Virus record (IMG/VR): IMGVR_UViG_3300020045_020219
Span: 1 to 35,570 of that record
Direction: 5' to 3' (one strand)
From: a virus
Taxonomy: Duplodnaviria > Caudoviricetes
Length of the DNA stretch: 35,570 nucleotides
Part shown: piece after piece, positions 34,817 to 35,570 of the stretch
How positions within the stretch are numbered: the stretch's first letter is position 1
Layout: every line of letters starts with the position of its first letter
Notes under the pieces: generated by a model
Database searches by the model: none
The model's input: only the letters and a program-made list of their open reading frames with translations
What the model was told of the DNA's origin: nothing
Position numbers and translations under genes: made by a program

Positions 34817-34844
34817 TTGACTTTTAAAAAATAATATATATAAT
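34817..34844 (+). promoter_or_regulatory. sigma70-type early promoter (second copy)
   Basis: AAAAATAGC-TTGACT-16 nt-TATAAT-AAAG, same flanks as 32336. Confidence 0.8.
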
Positions 34845-34875
34845 AAAGGCATAACAATTAACAAGGAGATAACAC

Positions 34876-35100
34876 ATGAAAGAATATAGAATTAGAGCAA
34901 AAAAACATAGTAAGAATATCCCTTTTTTTGTAATGGAAGATAGATATATCACTTTCTATAACCCACATTCAAAAATTAAAACATGGAAAACAGAATCCGG
35001 CGCAAAAAGATACATTAATAAAATAGATGAAGCAAATGTGAGATCGTGGGGCTTGGAAGTAGAAGAAGGGGGAAAATCAATTCATAATTTTATTTTTTAA
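34876..35100 (+). CDS. hypothetical protein
   Basis: 74 aa, AAGGAG SD, WKTESGAKR motif. Confidence 0.7.
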   Translation: MKEYRIRAKKHSKNIPFFVMEDRYITFYNPHSKIKTWKTESGAKRYINKIDEANVRSWGLEVEEGGKSIHNFIF

Positions 35101-35111
35101 AGGAAAAAAAG

Positions 35112-35342
35112 ATGGCTAAATTTGAAGTAGTTATTAAAAAAGAGGACGGTTTTTTTGAAATAGAATCAAGCCATGATACAGTTCTAAAAGCTCAAGAGCA
35201 TATAGAAAATAACAAAGAGAAAATTCTTCCTATTTTGTTTTCGATAGTCGATAACAAAAATGCGAATTTAGCTATTTCAGAAAAAGAATATCAATTAATA
35301 GAAAAGGCTAGAGAAATTTCTAACATCAACAATCTCTGCTGA
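35112..35342 (+). CDS. hypothetical protein, 3' end possibly chimeric
   Basis: 76 aa, AAGGA SD; overlaps the convergent fragment. Confidence 0.6.
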   Translation: MAKFEVVIKKEDGFFEIESSHDTVLKAQEHIENNKEKILPILFSIVDNKNANLAISEKEYQLIEKAREISNINNLC

Positions 35343-35570
35343 ATCAACATTTATCTTTCCGAGTATCCAAACTCTTCTCCCGTTCTTCAATGAACCTGCT
35401 GTTTCAAGCAAAAGGTCTTTACTGTCTACAAGAGGCTGAAAAATATCAAAAGCCTCTGTATTCTGAAGAGGGACATAATCAGGGCCGACCGTGCCGAGAA
35501 TTTCCTTTGTGTCAACTCTCATAACTGCCTGAGTAGAAACTTGAGTTTCAATTGCAGGTTCACCGATTTT
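35295..35570 (-). pseudogene. DUF932/DUF945-like phage protein, 5'-partial and apparently 3'-truncated
   Basis: R.DT..ILG.VG..Y.PLQN.EAF......ETAGSL.NGRRVWIL; frame open to the window edge; stops before the expected downstream NSHDG-type motif. Confidence 0.7.

Noticed and set aside
1-35570. CRISPR array, rRNA, IS transposase, integrase
   Set aside because: No spaced direct repeats, rRNA-like segments or recombinase/transposase motifs seen.
1-35570. Stop-codon reassignment
   Set aside because: Long genes are intact and densely packed under the standard code; TAA, TGA and TAG all end genes; the tRNA anticodon is UUG, not a suppressor.

Overview
AT-rich, gene-dense fragment of a large dsDNA bacteriophage covering the replication, recombination and DNA-modification region. 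No structural genes, rRNA or CRISPR array are visible. The minus strand (about 1.1-32.0 kb) encodes a bacterial-type replisome: an HTH initiator, DnaB-like helicase, 5'-3' exonuclease, beta-clamp, DnaX-like loader, and a DnaE polymerase fused to a C-terminal family-4 uracil-DNA-glycosylase domain. It also encodes a T4-like recombination set (SSB, UvsY-like, RecA/UvsX, Holliday-junction resolvase), two HD hydrolases, two nucleotidyltransferases, a C5 methyltransferase and a tRNA-Gln. The best candidate for a new system is a tightly coupled unit at about 15.1-25.3 kb, bounded by two copies of a repeated 13-bp promoter-like motif. It holds two SPL-like radical SAM enzymes, an atypical SAM-dependent transferase, a fold-type-II PLP enzyme, a DUF2156-like (aminoacyl-tRNA-dependent GNAT-fold) transferase, the clamp, an IbrA/IbrB-like pair and an atypical tRNA-Gln, suggesting an undescribed DNA base hypermodification pathway (inference). 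Several of these proteins and DnaE share a short basic-Gly-Phe-Phe/Leu motif at termini or linkers, possibly a clamp-docking peptide. Other notable items are a pseudoknot-like leader at the initiator ribosome-binding site, an overprinted gene, inverted repeats around promoter motifs, an inverted resolvase duplication (about 96% identical) and several apparent chimeric junctions that may be real rearrangements or assembly artefacts. A divergent plus-strand block (32.3-35.3 kb) has two sigma70-type promoters, an RHH regulator and a sigma-factor-like gene. All calls come from motif recognition by eye; no database searches were run.
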